Made by a program: the position numbers and the translations under genes. Of a stretch of DNA of 64,000 nt, positions 10,748 to 23,962 are shown in pieces. A model generated the notes under the pieces. The model saw only the letters and a program-made list of their open reading frames with translations. It did not search any database and was not told where the DNA came from. Positions within the stretch are counted from its first letter, which is position 1. The number at the start of each line of letters is the position of its first letter. This stretch comes from Macrostomum hystrix (taxonomy: Eukaryota > Animalia > Platyhelminthes): the NCBI GenBank assembly GCA_950097015.1, contig CATNEN010000008.1, positions 1,302,001 through 1,366,000 of the forward strand, in the 5' to 3' direction.

Positions 10748-11324
10748 TATTTATATCTGAGTCTATTTTATTAGATTTTTGCTAATTTTTTTCTTACTTC
10801 ATTGACTTCTGAAGCTCAGAAATGCAGAATTTTGAGAAAATGTTCTAAACAAAATTTTTTGTTTCATATTTTTATAAGGTTTGAGGTGAACAAAATTGTT
10901 TGCATATTTTACAATAAGAGTATCTTCTATATTAGGTAAAGAGCTTCCAGTTTAGTTAGAACAATGCAACAATTTCACTAATTGTACCAAACACGTAAGC
11001 GCATACACGGGACCAGATGGGTTCAGAAAGCAGTTTAGATTAACAAAAAAGTAATGAAAGATAGCGAATTGATAGATTCGAGACTTACATTTAGAAACGA
11101 TAACTGAAGCAGAGAGTAGAAAAATATAAGCAAAAACATTCACTGCGACAGGTGTAATAAATCCTAAAGATGACAAGGGCATTTATCGATATCTTTGATC
11201 TGCTAAACTACCAATCAGAAGCACAATGTTCATCAAATAGGTAAGCTGAGTAAAAACTTATAAACCGCCTTGCCCTGAACTTTAATAGCTTATCGGCCAA
11301 ATCCGATAAGGTCATGGCTAAATA

Positions 11325-11880
11325 TGGGATCATTGGAGAATATCGGATCATAGGAGAATATGGGATCATAGGAGAATATGGGATCATAGGAGAATATGGG
11401 ATCATAGGAGAATATGGGATCATAGGAGAATATGGGATCATCGGAGAATATTGGATCATTGGAGAATATGGGATCATAGGAGAATATGGGATCATAGGAG
11501 AATATGGGATCATTGGAGAATATGGGATCATAGGAGAATATGGGATCATAGGTGAATATGGGATCATTGGAGAATATGGGATCATTGGAGAATATGGGAT
11601 CATAGGAGAATATGGGATCATTAGAGAATATGGGATCATAGGAGAATATGGGATCATTAGAGAATATGGGATCATAGGAGAATATGGGATCATTGGAGAA
11701 TATGGGATCATTGGAGAGAGTATGGGATCATTGGAGAGAATATGGGATCATGGGTCATATGGGATCATTGGAGAGAATATGGGATCATGGGTCATATGGG
11801 ATCATTGGAGAGAATATGGGATCATGGGTCAAATGGGATCATTGGAGAGAATATGGGACCATGGGTCATATGGGACCATT
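11325..11880. repeat. 18-bp minisatellite (GGAGAATATGGGATCATA)
   Basis: Direct tandem array, intergenic. Confidence 0.95.
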
Positions 11881-12444
11881 TTAGAATAGATCATGGGAAA
11901 GGTTAGAAAAATATTAACTGATGGCACAAAATAAGTAAATAACGGGATAATGGGATAATTTATAATGGGATAATAAAAGGTTAAAGAAAACCGCCTATTA
12001 ATGCCAGCTAACGCCAGTTTATCTTATTATTCGATTTTCAGAAGAAAAACTATTTTATAATTAACAAAATAGATTTCAAAGCAAATTCAGAATGGCACAA
12101 TTTAAAAATGGCGACTTAAAAATTAAACTGCAGTGGTGGTAATTAACACACAATTCTGATTCTCAGGATAATCAGTTTGGAAATAGGAAAATAACTTATA
12201 GTTTAGTTTGAAATAGGAAAATAGGAGCTAGCTATTTAAAAGTGTTAAAAATACGAAAGGGGCAGTAATTATAACGAATGCCAGAAATCCACAGATCCAG
12301 GCAAACGGGTAAGAATTTGGTTGCATAAAAATTAAAACTGCACTGAAGAACATAAAATGACTACCTACATAAATTTAACTCATCGGACATGCGATTGCTG
12401 CAAACAAACTGGCCAAATAATTAATTTTGTGTCGACTATAACAT

Positions 12445-12890
12445 CTATATCTGATTTGACAGCTCAACAATATCTAACTTTACATCTTAACCAATCTCTG
12501 ATTTCATAGCTCAATCAATACCTGATCTGACAGCTCAATCAGTCTCTGATTTGACAGCTAAATCATCTCTAATTGACAGCTCAACCAATCCCTGATTTGA
12601 CAGCTCAATCAGTCTCTGATTTGACAGCTCAATCAGTCTCTGATTTGACAGCTCAATCAGTCTCTGATTTGATAGCTCAATCAGTCTCTGATTTGACAGC
12701 TCAATCAGTCTCTGATTTGACAGCTCAATCATTATCTGATTTGACAGCTCAATCAGTCTCTGATTTGACAGCTCAATCATTATCTGGTTTAGAGCTAAAT
12801 CACATCTAATGGACAGCTCAACCAATCTATGATTTGACAGCTCAATCAGTCTCTGATTTGACAGCTCAATCGATGCCTGATTTGACAGCT
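12445..12890. repeat. 24-bp minisatellite (TGATTTGACAGCTCAATCAGTCTC)
   Basis: Direct tandem array with degenerate edges. Confidence 0.92.
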
Positions 12891-13349
12891 GTCAACGCTT
12901 GGAAAGCTACAAAAGAAACTAAAAAATATAGATAGAAATGATGTACTGCGAGCCGCATCCGCAGCTGAAACTTGGCGCTATATCATATTCCTTAGACGGC
13001 AGATAAATTTAGCAAAAAGAGATAAGCGAAATCATCAGATAATAAGTTAAATGATGGTAGTTTTCCACAGTTGGCACGCGAGCAAAGCCATGACACGCAG
13101 CTCATGCTTAAGAGGGAAAAACAGGTGCCTTTATATAAATAGAAAAACGGAAAATACAGGGAGAGAAAGCGTTTGAGCCTCTTTAATTGTACAGAATAAT
13201 TTATTTATACAACTCAAACTTACGCATGCATGCATTATTTAGCACCTGACACGGTAACCTGTTGTATGTAACTAGAAAAACTTTAATCCTCTTTCAAATA
13301 TCGCAGTAATTACTCTTCTAAACAGCATTGGATTGTAAATAATATCAAT

Positions 13350-16300
13350 TCACAGCATACCGAAGCCTTTGCTATTAGCAATGGCTTTCAATAAGCGATC
13401 CTTCAGCTTGTCACAGCTGCTGTACTCTGGCAGCAATAGTACGTTGAAACAGGTGTGCGCAGTGGGTAACCTGTGTTGGCAACCGATTGGAGTCAATGGC
13501 CAATGAATGTTGAAACACCATGGGACTTTGCTCAATTCGAGGAACTGAGGACTTAGACTGCTCAATATGAGGATCTGAGGACTGTGACTGCTCAATATGA
13601 GTATCTGGGATGGTGACTGCTCAAGATGAGGATCTGGGATTGTGACTGCTCAATATGAGGATCTAAGGATAGTGACTGATCAACATGAGGATCTGGGATG
13701 GTGACTGCTCAATATGAGGATCTGGGATGGTGACTGCTCAATATGAGGATCTAAGGATAGTGACTGATCAATATGAGGATCTGGGATGGTGACTGCTCAA
13801 TATGAGGATCTAAGGATAGTGACTGATCAACATGAGGATCTGGGATGGTGACTGCTCAATATGAGGATCCAAGGATAGTGACTGATCAACATGAGGATCT
13901 GGGATGGTGACTGCTCAATATGAGGATCTAAGGATAGTGACTGATCAATATGAGGATCTGGGATGGTGACTGCTCAATATGAGGATCTAAGGATAGTAAC
14001 TGCTCAATATGAGTATCTGGGATGGTGACTGCTCAATATGAGGATCTGGGATTGTGACTGCTCAATATGAGGATCTGGGATGGTGACTGCTCAATATGAG
14101 GATCTAAGGATAGTGACTGATCAACATGAGGATCTGGGATGGTGACTGCTCAATATGAGGATCTGGGATGGTGACTGCTCAATATGAGGATCTGGGATGG
14201 TGACTGCTCAATATGAGGATCTAAGGATAGTGACTGATCAATATGATGATCTGGGATGGTGACTGCTCAATATGAGGATCTAAGGATAGTGACTGCTCAA
14301 CATGAGTATCTGGGATGGTGACTGCTCAATATGAGGATCTGGGATTGTGACTGCTCAATATGAGGATCTGGGATCGTGACTGCTCAATATGAGGATCTGG
14401 GATGGTGACTGCTCAATATGAGGATCTAAGGATAGTGACTGATCAACATGAGGATCTGGGATGGTGACTGCTCAATATGAGGATCTGGGATGGTGACTGC
14501 TCAATATGAGGATCTGGGATCGTGACTGCTCAATATGAGGATCTGGGATGGTGACTGCTCAATATGAGGATCTAAGGATAGTCACTGATCAACAGGAGGA
14601 TCTGGGATCGTGACTGCTCAATATGAGGATCTGGGATGGTGACTGCTCAATATGAGGATCTAAGGATAGTGACTGATCAACATGAGGATCTGGGATGGTG
14701 ACTGCTCAATATGAGGATCTAAGGATAGTGACTGCTCAACATGAGGATCTGGGATCGTGACTGCTCAATATGAGGATCTGGGATCGTGACTGCTCAATAT
14801 GAGGATCTGGGATGGTGACTGCTCAATATGAGGATCTAAGGATAGTCACTGATCAACAGGAGGATCTGGGATGGTGACTGCTCAATATGAGGATCTGGGA
14901 TTGTGACTGCTCAATATGAGGATCTAAGGATAGTGACTGATCAACATGAGGATCTGGGATGGTGACTGCTCAATATGTGGATCTGGGATTGTGACTGATC
15001 AATATGAGGATCTGGGATGGTGACTGCTCAATATGAGGATCTAAGGATAGTGACTGATCGATGAGGATCTGGGATAGTGTCTGCTCAATATGAAGATCTG
15101 GGATGGTGACTGCTCAATATGAGGATCTGGGATGGTGACTGATCAAAATGAGGATCTGGGGATAGTGACTGACCAACATGAGGATCTGGGGATAGTGACT
15201 GCTCAATCCGATGAACTTTCATAACAAGCGGACTCACCTATCTGAATCTGGACCTTGTCGGGCGATTATGAACTTCATTTTTTTCATACCACCGAGCGGT
15301 ACCCTGTCGGAGCCGGTGACAAATTCCAATAAGAGGCGCCTTTCAGCCTCCGTCATGCTGTGCACCAGGGACCAGAAGTGCACAATGACGGGCGATTCGC
15401 TGCTATAGCCTGTGTCGTATTGTGTGTACTTCTCCAGATCGCGAAAGTTGTACTCCTAAAAAATATTTTCAGACTGCAAATGGCTGACGGTGCCTGATTT
15501 TTTTATTGACAGTCTGTTTCAGACTGTGTCAGATAGGTTATGTGTCAGAGAGGTCGCTTTTAGTCGGTGTCAGTTGGTCACTGACAGACTGTGTCAGTTG
15601 GTCAATGACAGACTGTGTCAGTTGGGTACTGACAGACTGTGTCAGTTGGGTACTGACAGACTGTGTCAGTTGAGTACTGACAGACTGTGTCAGTTGAGTA
15701 CTGACAGACTGTATCAGTTGGTCAGTGACAGACTGTGTCAGATAGGTGGTTGAAAATTTGCGTTAGATAAGTTATTGACCTATTCTCCACCTATTCTCTC
15801 AGATAGGTGGATGACAGTCACTGTCAGATCGGTGGATGACAGTCACTGTCAGATAGGTGGATGACAGTCACTGTCAGATAGGTGGATGACAGTCAGATAG
15901 GTGGATGACAGTCTCTTTCAGATAGGTGGATGACAGTCAGATAGGTGGATGACAGTCAGATAGGTGGATGACAGTCAGATAGGTGGATGACAGTCAGATA
16001 GGTGGATGACAGTCAGATGGGTGGATGACAGTCAGATAGGTGGATGACAGTCTCTTTCAGATAGGTGGATGACAGTCAGATAGGTGGATGACAGTCAGAT
16101 AGGTGGATGACAGTCAGATAGGTGGATGACAGTCAGATAGGTGGATGACAGTCAGATAGGTGGATGACAGTCAGATAGGTGGATGACAGTCAGATAGGTG
16201 TGAAACATATCAGTTTTTTTTAATTTGTCAGCGACTTGTAACAGGCCCAATCCAAGTACAGAGTTTCCAAACCTTGCTGCCGCAAACCAGCAGTTCAATC

Positions 16301-19300
16301 TCAATCGGAGCGAAAAGTTGCAGCAGCAGAGAATTGTCAATAACCAAATGGAAGCCTTTGCAGAAAGCTATGAACTGTCGTTCAATCATGCCGTTGAGAA
16401 TGAAGTCGGAATAGAGGTCGACAAATTCCTAAAAAAAGAGAAACTTGAATATTTAAAACAGCCGGAAATTATCGACAATGCAAGATCTATGGATTTGAGA
16501 ATTGAATTCCCAGTTTTACCTGTCGGTTAGCTTTCGTCACAGGTATATTAGCTCCGTCGGGTTTCAATTCGTGGCTCAGCGTATTACCGAATGCGTCCTG
16601 GTAGCTGACAGAGAAGCTGCAGCAGAATGTGTCCTCGATATTGTCGCCATCGAAGGCCAGCAACTCCGCGAGGCCGTGGGCTAGCTCCTGCGGAATTACA
16701 GAGTGACACAGGAAGATTAATTATACAATATGGGAATTCAAGCGCTGATTAAATAATGTAATGGAATACGATGAGATTAAATAGTGTATTGGGATCTGAT
16801 GGAATTAAATAGTGCATTGGGATCTGATGGAATTAAATAGTGTATTGGGATCTGATGGAATTGAATAGTGTATTGGGATCTGATGGAATTGAATAGTATA
16901 TTGGGATCTGATAGCATTAAATAATGTCATGGGATCTGATAGCATTAAATAATGTCATGGGATCTGATGGGATTAAATAATGTCATGGGATCTGATGGGA
17001 TTAAATAATGTCATGGGATCTGATGGGATTAAATAATGTCATGGGATCTGATAGCATTAAATAATGTCATGGGATCTGATGGCATTAAATAATGTCATGG
17101 GATCTGATGGCATTAAATAATGTCATGGGATCTGATGGGATTAAATAATGTCATGGGATCTGATGGGATTAAATTATGTCATGGGATCTGATGGCATTAA
17201 ATAATGTCATGGGATCTAATAGCGTTAAATAATGTCATGGGATCTGATGGGGTTAAGTATTGTGATGGGATCTGATGGGATTAAATAATGTCATGGGATC
17301 TGATGGGGTTAAGTATTGTGATGGGATCTGATGGGATTAAATAATGTCATGTGATCTGATGGGATTAAATAGTGTCATGGGATCTGATGGCATTAAATAA
17401 TGTCATGGGATCTGATGGGATTAAATAGTGTCATGGGATCTGATGGGATTAAATAATGTCATGGGATCTGATGGCATTAAATAATGTCATGGGATCTGAT
17501 CGGGTTAAGTATTGTGATGGGATCTGATGGGATTAAATAATGTCATGGGATCTGATGGGGTTAAGTATTGTGATGGGATCTGATGGGATTAAATAATGTC
17601 ATGTGATCTGATGGGATTAAATAGTGTCATGGGATCTGATGGCATTAAATAATGTCATGGGATCTGATGGGATTAAATAGTGTCATGGGATCTGATGGGA
17701 TTAAATAATGTCATGGGATCTGATGGCATTAAATAATGTCATGGGATCTGATCGGGTTAAGTATTGTGATGGGATCTGATGGGATTAAATAATGTCATGG
17801 GATCTGATGGGACAAGAAAGTTTCAAGGCATCTGATGGGATAGAAAGTATCAGATATATAGATTCTATGAGATTTGATTAGACTAAATAGGATCGCATTG
17901 AAGATTTAGGTTTAAAAAACGGTCACTCACAGGATGCGAATCCTTGAGATCGGTAAAGTTGCCCAGTTTTCCAGTGAGTTTCTTGTACAGCACGGTGGGA
18001 AAGCGCACGTCCAGTATGATGCTATTATAGATGGCCAAGCCAAGCAGCATGCCGACTAACACGAATTCTCGTTCGCTATCCTCCGAGCCGGGATAGAACC
18101 AGAAAACTTGGGTGCGATGATTCAGGCTGAACATGCCGTAGTCGGGATTGAAAATCTGTTCAATTATTAGTTGAAAGAATTCCTTAGAAAGGCCGCCCTC
18201 GTCTATGCCCTGCTCGCCTTCGAATTCAATCATTAGCTGCTTCTTGAGGTCGGCTGGCGACTCCAGGCCGACCATCTCCAGCGTGAGTAGGGCGTCCTGT
18301 TAATGAAAATATGGTTTTTTAAAACTTAGAATATGAAAATAGAAAAGCTGCAACAACTACTGCCAGTAGCTTGGGCGTTAATAATATTTACTTATTATAT
18401 TATAACCCTTCCTGCCAACACTACGGGTCTTAATCCTTTAACAGAACCCAAGGGTCCTAATCATTTAACTGAACCCTAATGGTCTTAATCCTACAGCCAA
18501 ACCCTACGGTTCTTAATCCTTCCCCCAAAATGACGGGTCTTAATGCTTCCCCAAACCCAATGGATCTTAATCCTTCCTTAAAACCTACGGGCCTACAGTT
18601 TTCTATGCTTTTCCGGAAACTAACGAGTCCTAATCCTTTCAAAGAAACCTGTTGATTAAACTCTGAACCCTACAGGTCATAAAGCTTTCCTTGAAACCCA
18701 TGTTTTTTAAGCCCTAATTTTAGCATTTAGTGGCCTAATAAGCCCCTTAATGAATCTTTAATTGGTTTATAAAACCTCAAACTGGACTAACACACACCTT
18801 ACATGACCATAGTCTTGTAGATTTATGTATAAACCTTGAGTTCACAATTACTTTGCTTTTATCTACCAAAAGCGAATTAACAAGACAGACCTGTACAACA
18901 TTAGTCCTTCGCACGTTAATCCTCAGATACATATTGTGATCATTGTGCGACATTAGCGACTGCAGTAGGGCGCCACGCCTTTCCTGTATCATGCGAATTC
19001 TAGAATCGAAATACAGCGCTACACTTTTAGTGTAGGTGGTCAGCAGAAACGGGTGATGCAGAAAGCTGAACGGCGGCATTCCGTCACGCAGCCGAGACGA
19101 AACGCCGGTCGAAGCTTCGGCACCGGCGCGTTCGGCTTCGATAAAAAACTGATAATCTCGTTCAACCGAAATCAGCTGGTTCAGGGTGTCGTTGATAAAT
19201 TCGTCATCGGATATGGCCGGCCGGATACAGTCAGCTGGACGGCGAAATTGCAGCTTCTCAGCCAGCGGGTCCACCTTCCACAGCTGGCTGCCCTGGCGCC

Positions 19301-22300
19301 GACGCTCGGGTAGGTTGGCCTACCGACGGGGGGCGGAAACCGATAAGTCTACTCACAAACTCAACTGAGTCTACTCACAAACCCAACTGAGTCTACTCAC
19401 AAAGCCAACTGAGTCTACTCACAAAGCCAACTGAGTCTACTCACAAACCCAACTGAGTCTACTCACAAAGCCAACTGAGTCTACTCACAAAGCCAACTGA
19501 GTCTACTCACAAAGCCAACTGAGTCTACTCACAAGCCCAACTGAGTCTACTCACAAACCCAACTGAGTCTACTCACAAACCCAACTGAGCCTATACTCAC
19601 AAACCCAACTGAGCCTATACTCACAAACCCAACTGAGTCTACTCACAAACCCAACTGAGCCTATACTCACAAACCCAACTGAGCCTATACTCACAAACCC
19701 AACTGAGCCTATACTCACAAACCCAACTGAGCCTATACTCACAAACCCAACTGAGCCTATACTCACAAACCCAACTGAGCCTATACTCACAAACCCAACT
19801 GAGCCTATACTCACAAACCCAACTGAGCCTATACTCACAAACCCAACTGAGCCTATACTCACAAACCCAACTGAGCCTATACTCACAAACCCAACTGAGC
19901 CTATACTCACAAACCCAACTGAGCCTATACTCACAAACCCAACTGAGTCTACTCGCAAACCCAACTGAGTCTACTCACAAACCCAACTGAGTCTACTCAC
20001 AAGCCCAACTGAGTCTACTCACAAACCCAACTGAGTCTACTCACAAACCCAACTGAGTCTACTCACAAACCCAACTGAGCCTATACTCACAAACCCAACT
20101 GAGCCTATACTCACAAACCCAACTGAGTCTACTCACAAACCCAACTGAGTCTACTCACAAACCCAACTGAGCCTATACTCACAAACCCAACTGAGCCTAT
20201 ACTCACAAACCCAACTGAGCCTATACTCACAAACCCAACTGAGCCTATACTCACAAACCCAACTGAGCCTATACTCACAAACCCAACTGAGCCTATACTC
20301 ACAAACCCAACTGAGCCTATACTCACAAACCCAACTGAGCCTATACTCACAAACCCAACTGAGCCTATACTCACAAACCCAACTGAGCCTATACTCACAA
20401 ACCCAACTGAGCCTATACTCACAAACCCAACTGAGCCTATACTCACAAACCCAACTGAGTCTACTCGCAAACCTAGATCAGTCTATACTTTCAAGCCCAT
20501 GCTGGTTAACTAATACTCACTACTATCGTTAATTCTTTAGACCAGTAATATCATGAAAAAAGCTTACCCTGTCGTAATAGACATTTAGCGCGTCCAAGAA
20601 TTTGCTAGTCCGTTCTCGTTCCCTGGATAGAGAGCTGCTTGAGTCCACTTGTCCTAGAAGGCCTGACGCATAATAGACGAGTTTAATCACTCGGCAGACG
20701 TCGCAAATGACAGCATCCTCATTTAGGGATCTTCCAGACTCATCATCGTCTTCGTTATCCATGAGTAGACAGCGCAGAGTTAGCAGCTGCATTAGTACAA
20801 GTAGTAGCATGCGTAGATCTTCCACAGATTTGTGCTTACACCAGAAACGAACCTGGAATCGTTTTTAATAAGGATTTACTTACACATGCTGTTTGAGATT
20901 CTGTTATTATCCTGTTTGAGCTACAGTCTACAGACCTCTGACGCAGAGGTCATGAGTTCGATTCTCGGCCAATGGGAAATCATTGTCATTGAGTGACACA
21001 AAATTGCGATAAATTTTAATGGGCCGAAATTCATGCAAACCTCGGCCGTAAAATGCGCCCCGGCATCAGCTGAGTTAGAAATTTTGGTCGGTGTACCGGC
21101 CACCACAGTCCATGGACTGAACAGCTGTATTGATTTTTGGCACTGGCTGTGCATCTGGCCCCTAATTGGCTTAAAAAAATATTATTTGCAGGGCTGCTGT
21201 GGGCATTGGGGCATCATTTGGTGACAGTAGACCCCGCAGCCAGCGAGGAGGCAATTCTGCTCATTCCGCTGACTTCTGAGCACACACTCACAGAGGTAAG
21301 TCTCAGGTGGTTGGCCATCATGAGCGAAAGTTGCACATTAAGACTCATCAGCAAAGCAGAAGAGAGAAGGCTTGGGGGCTTGTCGTGCCAAACAAGGCAG
21401 ATGTACACAAATGTGTGCTCAGGAGTGGGCAGAATTGCCTCCTAGCTGACTGCGGGGTCTACCATGCTGTCACGAAATGAGTGCCCACAGCCCTGCTGCA
21501 AATATTATTATATATATTGTGAATTAATTAGAGTTAAGTGGTGCTTTTAATGAACAGTTAAACGCAAGAGTCTAATTATATGACTAGGCAACTATCCTAT
21601 ATAATGGTACTCCCGCTGTTTACCAAACGACTCACCAGTTCAGCCTGATACTCAGTAGGCAGCCTTGCCGCCAGCATGCAGATGGACGGCACAACATTCT
21701 CCATATTATTGGGATCGAATAATACGGAGAATTCGAATAGTACAGCGGCCACGCACAGGTGCAAAGGTCTAGGCCTGTCAGACAATTCCAATTTCACTTG
21801 GCGACAAAGAAAGTTAACTGAGCCGCACAGCGGATCCATGACAGACTTGTCGTACGGTATTAGTCTAGTTAGTTTGTGCACGCAATTAACATCTATGCGA
21901 GCTAATGCGTCTGCGATGCTCTTCTCCGAGGATTCGCTTTCGTGTTTCTCGTGCACACCTTCGGACGATGATGAGGACTTGTTTGGCGGCTTGAATGAGT
22001 TCACTGTGCGCTCGGGCGATGTGAATACTCCGCTTAATAATCTGACAAGCGGCTGCTTGTCCGGCAGGTCGGACATGCGACGCAACGTTGCTTCGGTGAA
22101 CTCTTCATCCGCTGAAGGTGTCGGAGCTGACTGCTGCAGCTGAACCCTCGACGATGCTTTGTTTTGAGGTGATGATAGATTTAAATCGTTGATTTTCGAG
22201 ACCGCAACTAAATCCCAATACCGAATTGTGACCCCAGATTCTAAACTGTGATCCCAAATACCACACTGTGATCCCAGATACTAAACTGTGGTCCCAAATA

Positions 22301-23199
22301 CCACACTGTGATCCCAAATACCACACTGTGATTTCAGATACTAAACTGTGAACCCAAGTACCACATTGTGACCCCAGATACTAAACTGCGATCCCAGATA
22401 CCACATTGTGATCCCAAATATCACACTGTGATCCCAGATACTAAACTGTGATCCCAAATACCACACTGTGATTCCAAATACCACACTGTGATCCCAGATA
22501 CTAATATCCGATCCCAGATACTAGCTCCGATCCCAGATACTAGCTCCGATCCCAGATACTGGCTCCGATCCCAGATACTAGCTCCGATCCCAGATACTGG
22601 GATTCCAGATTCAAAGTTGTGATACCAGATATTATTATGAAATCTCAGTCTATACTAAACTTGGATCCCTAGATATCAAATCTCTTTATCTGTGTCCCAA
22701 ACAAATAAATAAATTTCCTTTATTGTGAAAAGTTTTAGGCATTTGTTTAGTCCTCACCAGGGGCATTAGCGAAACTGTGGCTTATTGTATTCAGCTGATT
22801 AGCTTTCAGACTGGTGCTGCTAGATGACGGCAGAGAAGCCGCCACGCCAACGTGTTCATCGACTTCCATCATGGCCATCTCGTTGAGATTTACGCCACCG
22901 AGACCATCGCCGACAATTCCATTACCTTCAAGTACAATCGGCGGGGACACAGATCGCTGCTGACCAGTTAAAGAAGGCTGCCTAGTGGGTGCGGCAATGC
23001 TGCACAATTCGGCATTGGATTTGGCTAGTTCAACGGCCAACAAACCCAAAGAATTTTTGCTGCTAGAGATGCCAACGTGTTGAAATTGTGGACTAGAGGC
23101 GCAGTTCGGACTGGGACAGTTGTAGATGCCGCAGCCCTCAGTGAGGCGCTGATAGTGCTCTCTGATGAGCTCAGTGAGACGCTCGCGCGAGGAGGCCAT
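13350..23199 (-). CDS. UBE3A: E6-AP/UBE3A HECT E3 ubiquitin ligase, complete, 9 exons, ~901 aa
   Basis: Exons 23199-22758, 22156(or 22126)-21636, 20852-20568, 19319-18891, 18296-17931, 16687-16520, 16428-16273, 15455-15238, 13470-13350. N-terminal AZUL zinc motif ([18 protein letters not shown]...AELC), [28 protein letters not shown], catalytic [16 protein letters not shown] and terminal KGFGML*. AATAAA on the minus strand near 13205. Confidence 0.93.
13540..15207. repeat. 29-bp minisatellite (ATATGAGGATCTGGGATGGTGACTGCTCA) with interspersed variants
   Basis: Fills almost all of the last UBE3A intron. Confidence 0.95.
15565..15745. repeat. 24-bp minisatellite with internal inverted symmetry (CAGACTGTGTCAGTTGGGTACTGA)
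   Basis: TGTCAG and CTGACA occur in each unit. Confidence 0.85.
15800..16198. repeat. 19-bp minisatellite (AGATAGGTGGATGACAGTC)
   Basis: Direct tandem array. Confidence 0.93.
16775..17835. repeat. 28-bp minisatellite (GGGATCTGATGGGATTAAATAATGTCAT) with 252-bp higher-order repeat
   Basis: Variant units recur at 17252, 17504, 17756 and at 17308, 17560. Confidence 0.95.
18405..18700. repeat. Degenerate ~29-bp tandem repeat (CTACGGGTCTTAATCCTT...)
   Basis: Recurring TCTTAATCCTT motif in a UBE3A intron. Confidence 0.6.
19345..20470. repeat. 22/24-bp minisatellite (CTCACAAACCCAACTGAGTCTA / ...GAGCCTATA)
   Basis: Direct tandem array; each unit reads GTGAGT on the UBE3A sense strand. Confidence 0.95.
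20925..21130 (+). mobile_element. Possible third tRNA-headed repeat with palindromic CAGTCCATGGACTG core
   Basis: CCTCTGACGCAGAGG hairpin plus GAGTTCGATTCTC B-box. The 3' part recurs inverted at ~41455-41512. Confidence 0.35.
21186..21505. mobile_element. Two SINE family 1 3'-half fragments in foldback arrangement (21186-21292 minus, 21360-21505 plus)
   Basis: Both arms contain the family tail (GCAGAATTGCCTCC...GCTGCGGGTCTA...GTCAC.AAATGA...CCACAGCCC) on opposite strands. Confidence 0.65.
22215..22610. repeat. 20-bp then 19-bp minisatellite (GATCCCAGATACTAAACTGT; GATCCCAGATACTAGCTCC)
   Basis: Tandem array in the first UBE3A intron. Confidence 0.88.
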
Positions 23200-23529
23200 G
23201 GTGTGCTTTAGAATCGCTTCTGTTCTTCTTATATACTAGAGCTAGAGCTACGTCAATCTAGTGATCATCAACAATTAGATGATAGATTTCTGTTTAACCT
23301 ACTTTGTTTGTGACACTACCGTTCTGACTTTCTCTGTTGGAAATAAAAATGTAATATGTTTGTATTGATTAGGTTTAAAATTTATGTAATTTAGACAATA
23401 TAGACAATACTATAAACTGTTTAAAAGTGAAAACTTTATGAAGCTATACTTGATTTACAAATTAGCTAGCTATATATAAGAACTATGAAATGAGTTTTTG
23501 GCATGGCACATTAAACATAGAACTTTAAT

Positions 23530-23957
23530 ACTAGAACCATGAAGGGGGGAATCCCCCCATGACAATTTTTTACTACACCTGTATGGGACAATGCAAGCAC
23601 GCAAAACTCAAGAACATGGGCCAACTTTTTGTTGTGCTAGCTTAAGTCACCAGCTTTTCAGACCATTAAGACATTCAAATGTTTCTAGCCAAAGGTCAGA
23701 TTTTTCCTATAAGTGCTTGTGCATTTCATACACCCTATTCACAAATTAGCACTGTGCCTCAGTGTAGCATTGTCATACCTTCAAAATTTATCAGCATGTC
23801 AGCCAAATATGCCTACTTCATCTGTCTTTGGTGGTCACCTAACTTTATCTAGATAGATTTGCTGGACTTTCAATGGCTACAACAGGTCGAAATAGGCCAC
23901 TATAGACACCCTGATGCAAATTTCTGCAATTTGGTTGATCAAGACTAATTATTAGGT
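23530..23957 (+). repeat. ~400-bp dispersed repeat, copy 2
   Basis: Diverged homolog of 9337-9738 in the opposite orientation. Confidence 0.7.
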
Positions 23958-23962
23958 GCAAC

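Noticed and set aside
23080-23140. Apparent loss of a zinc ligand in the UBE3A AZUL domain (CASS versus human CASC)
   Set aside because: As I recall, the fourth ligand is the later Cys in the KLC/ELC motif, which is present (AELC).
23200-23225. Spliced-leader trans-splice acceptor 20 nt upstream of the UBE3A ATG
   Set aside because: An AG with weak context is present, but it cannot be distinguished from a 5' UTR cis intron or chance without transcript data.
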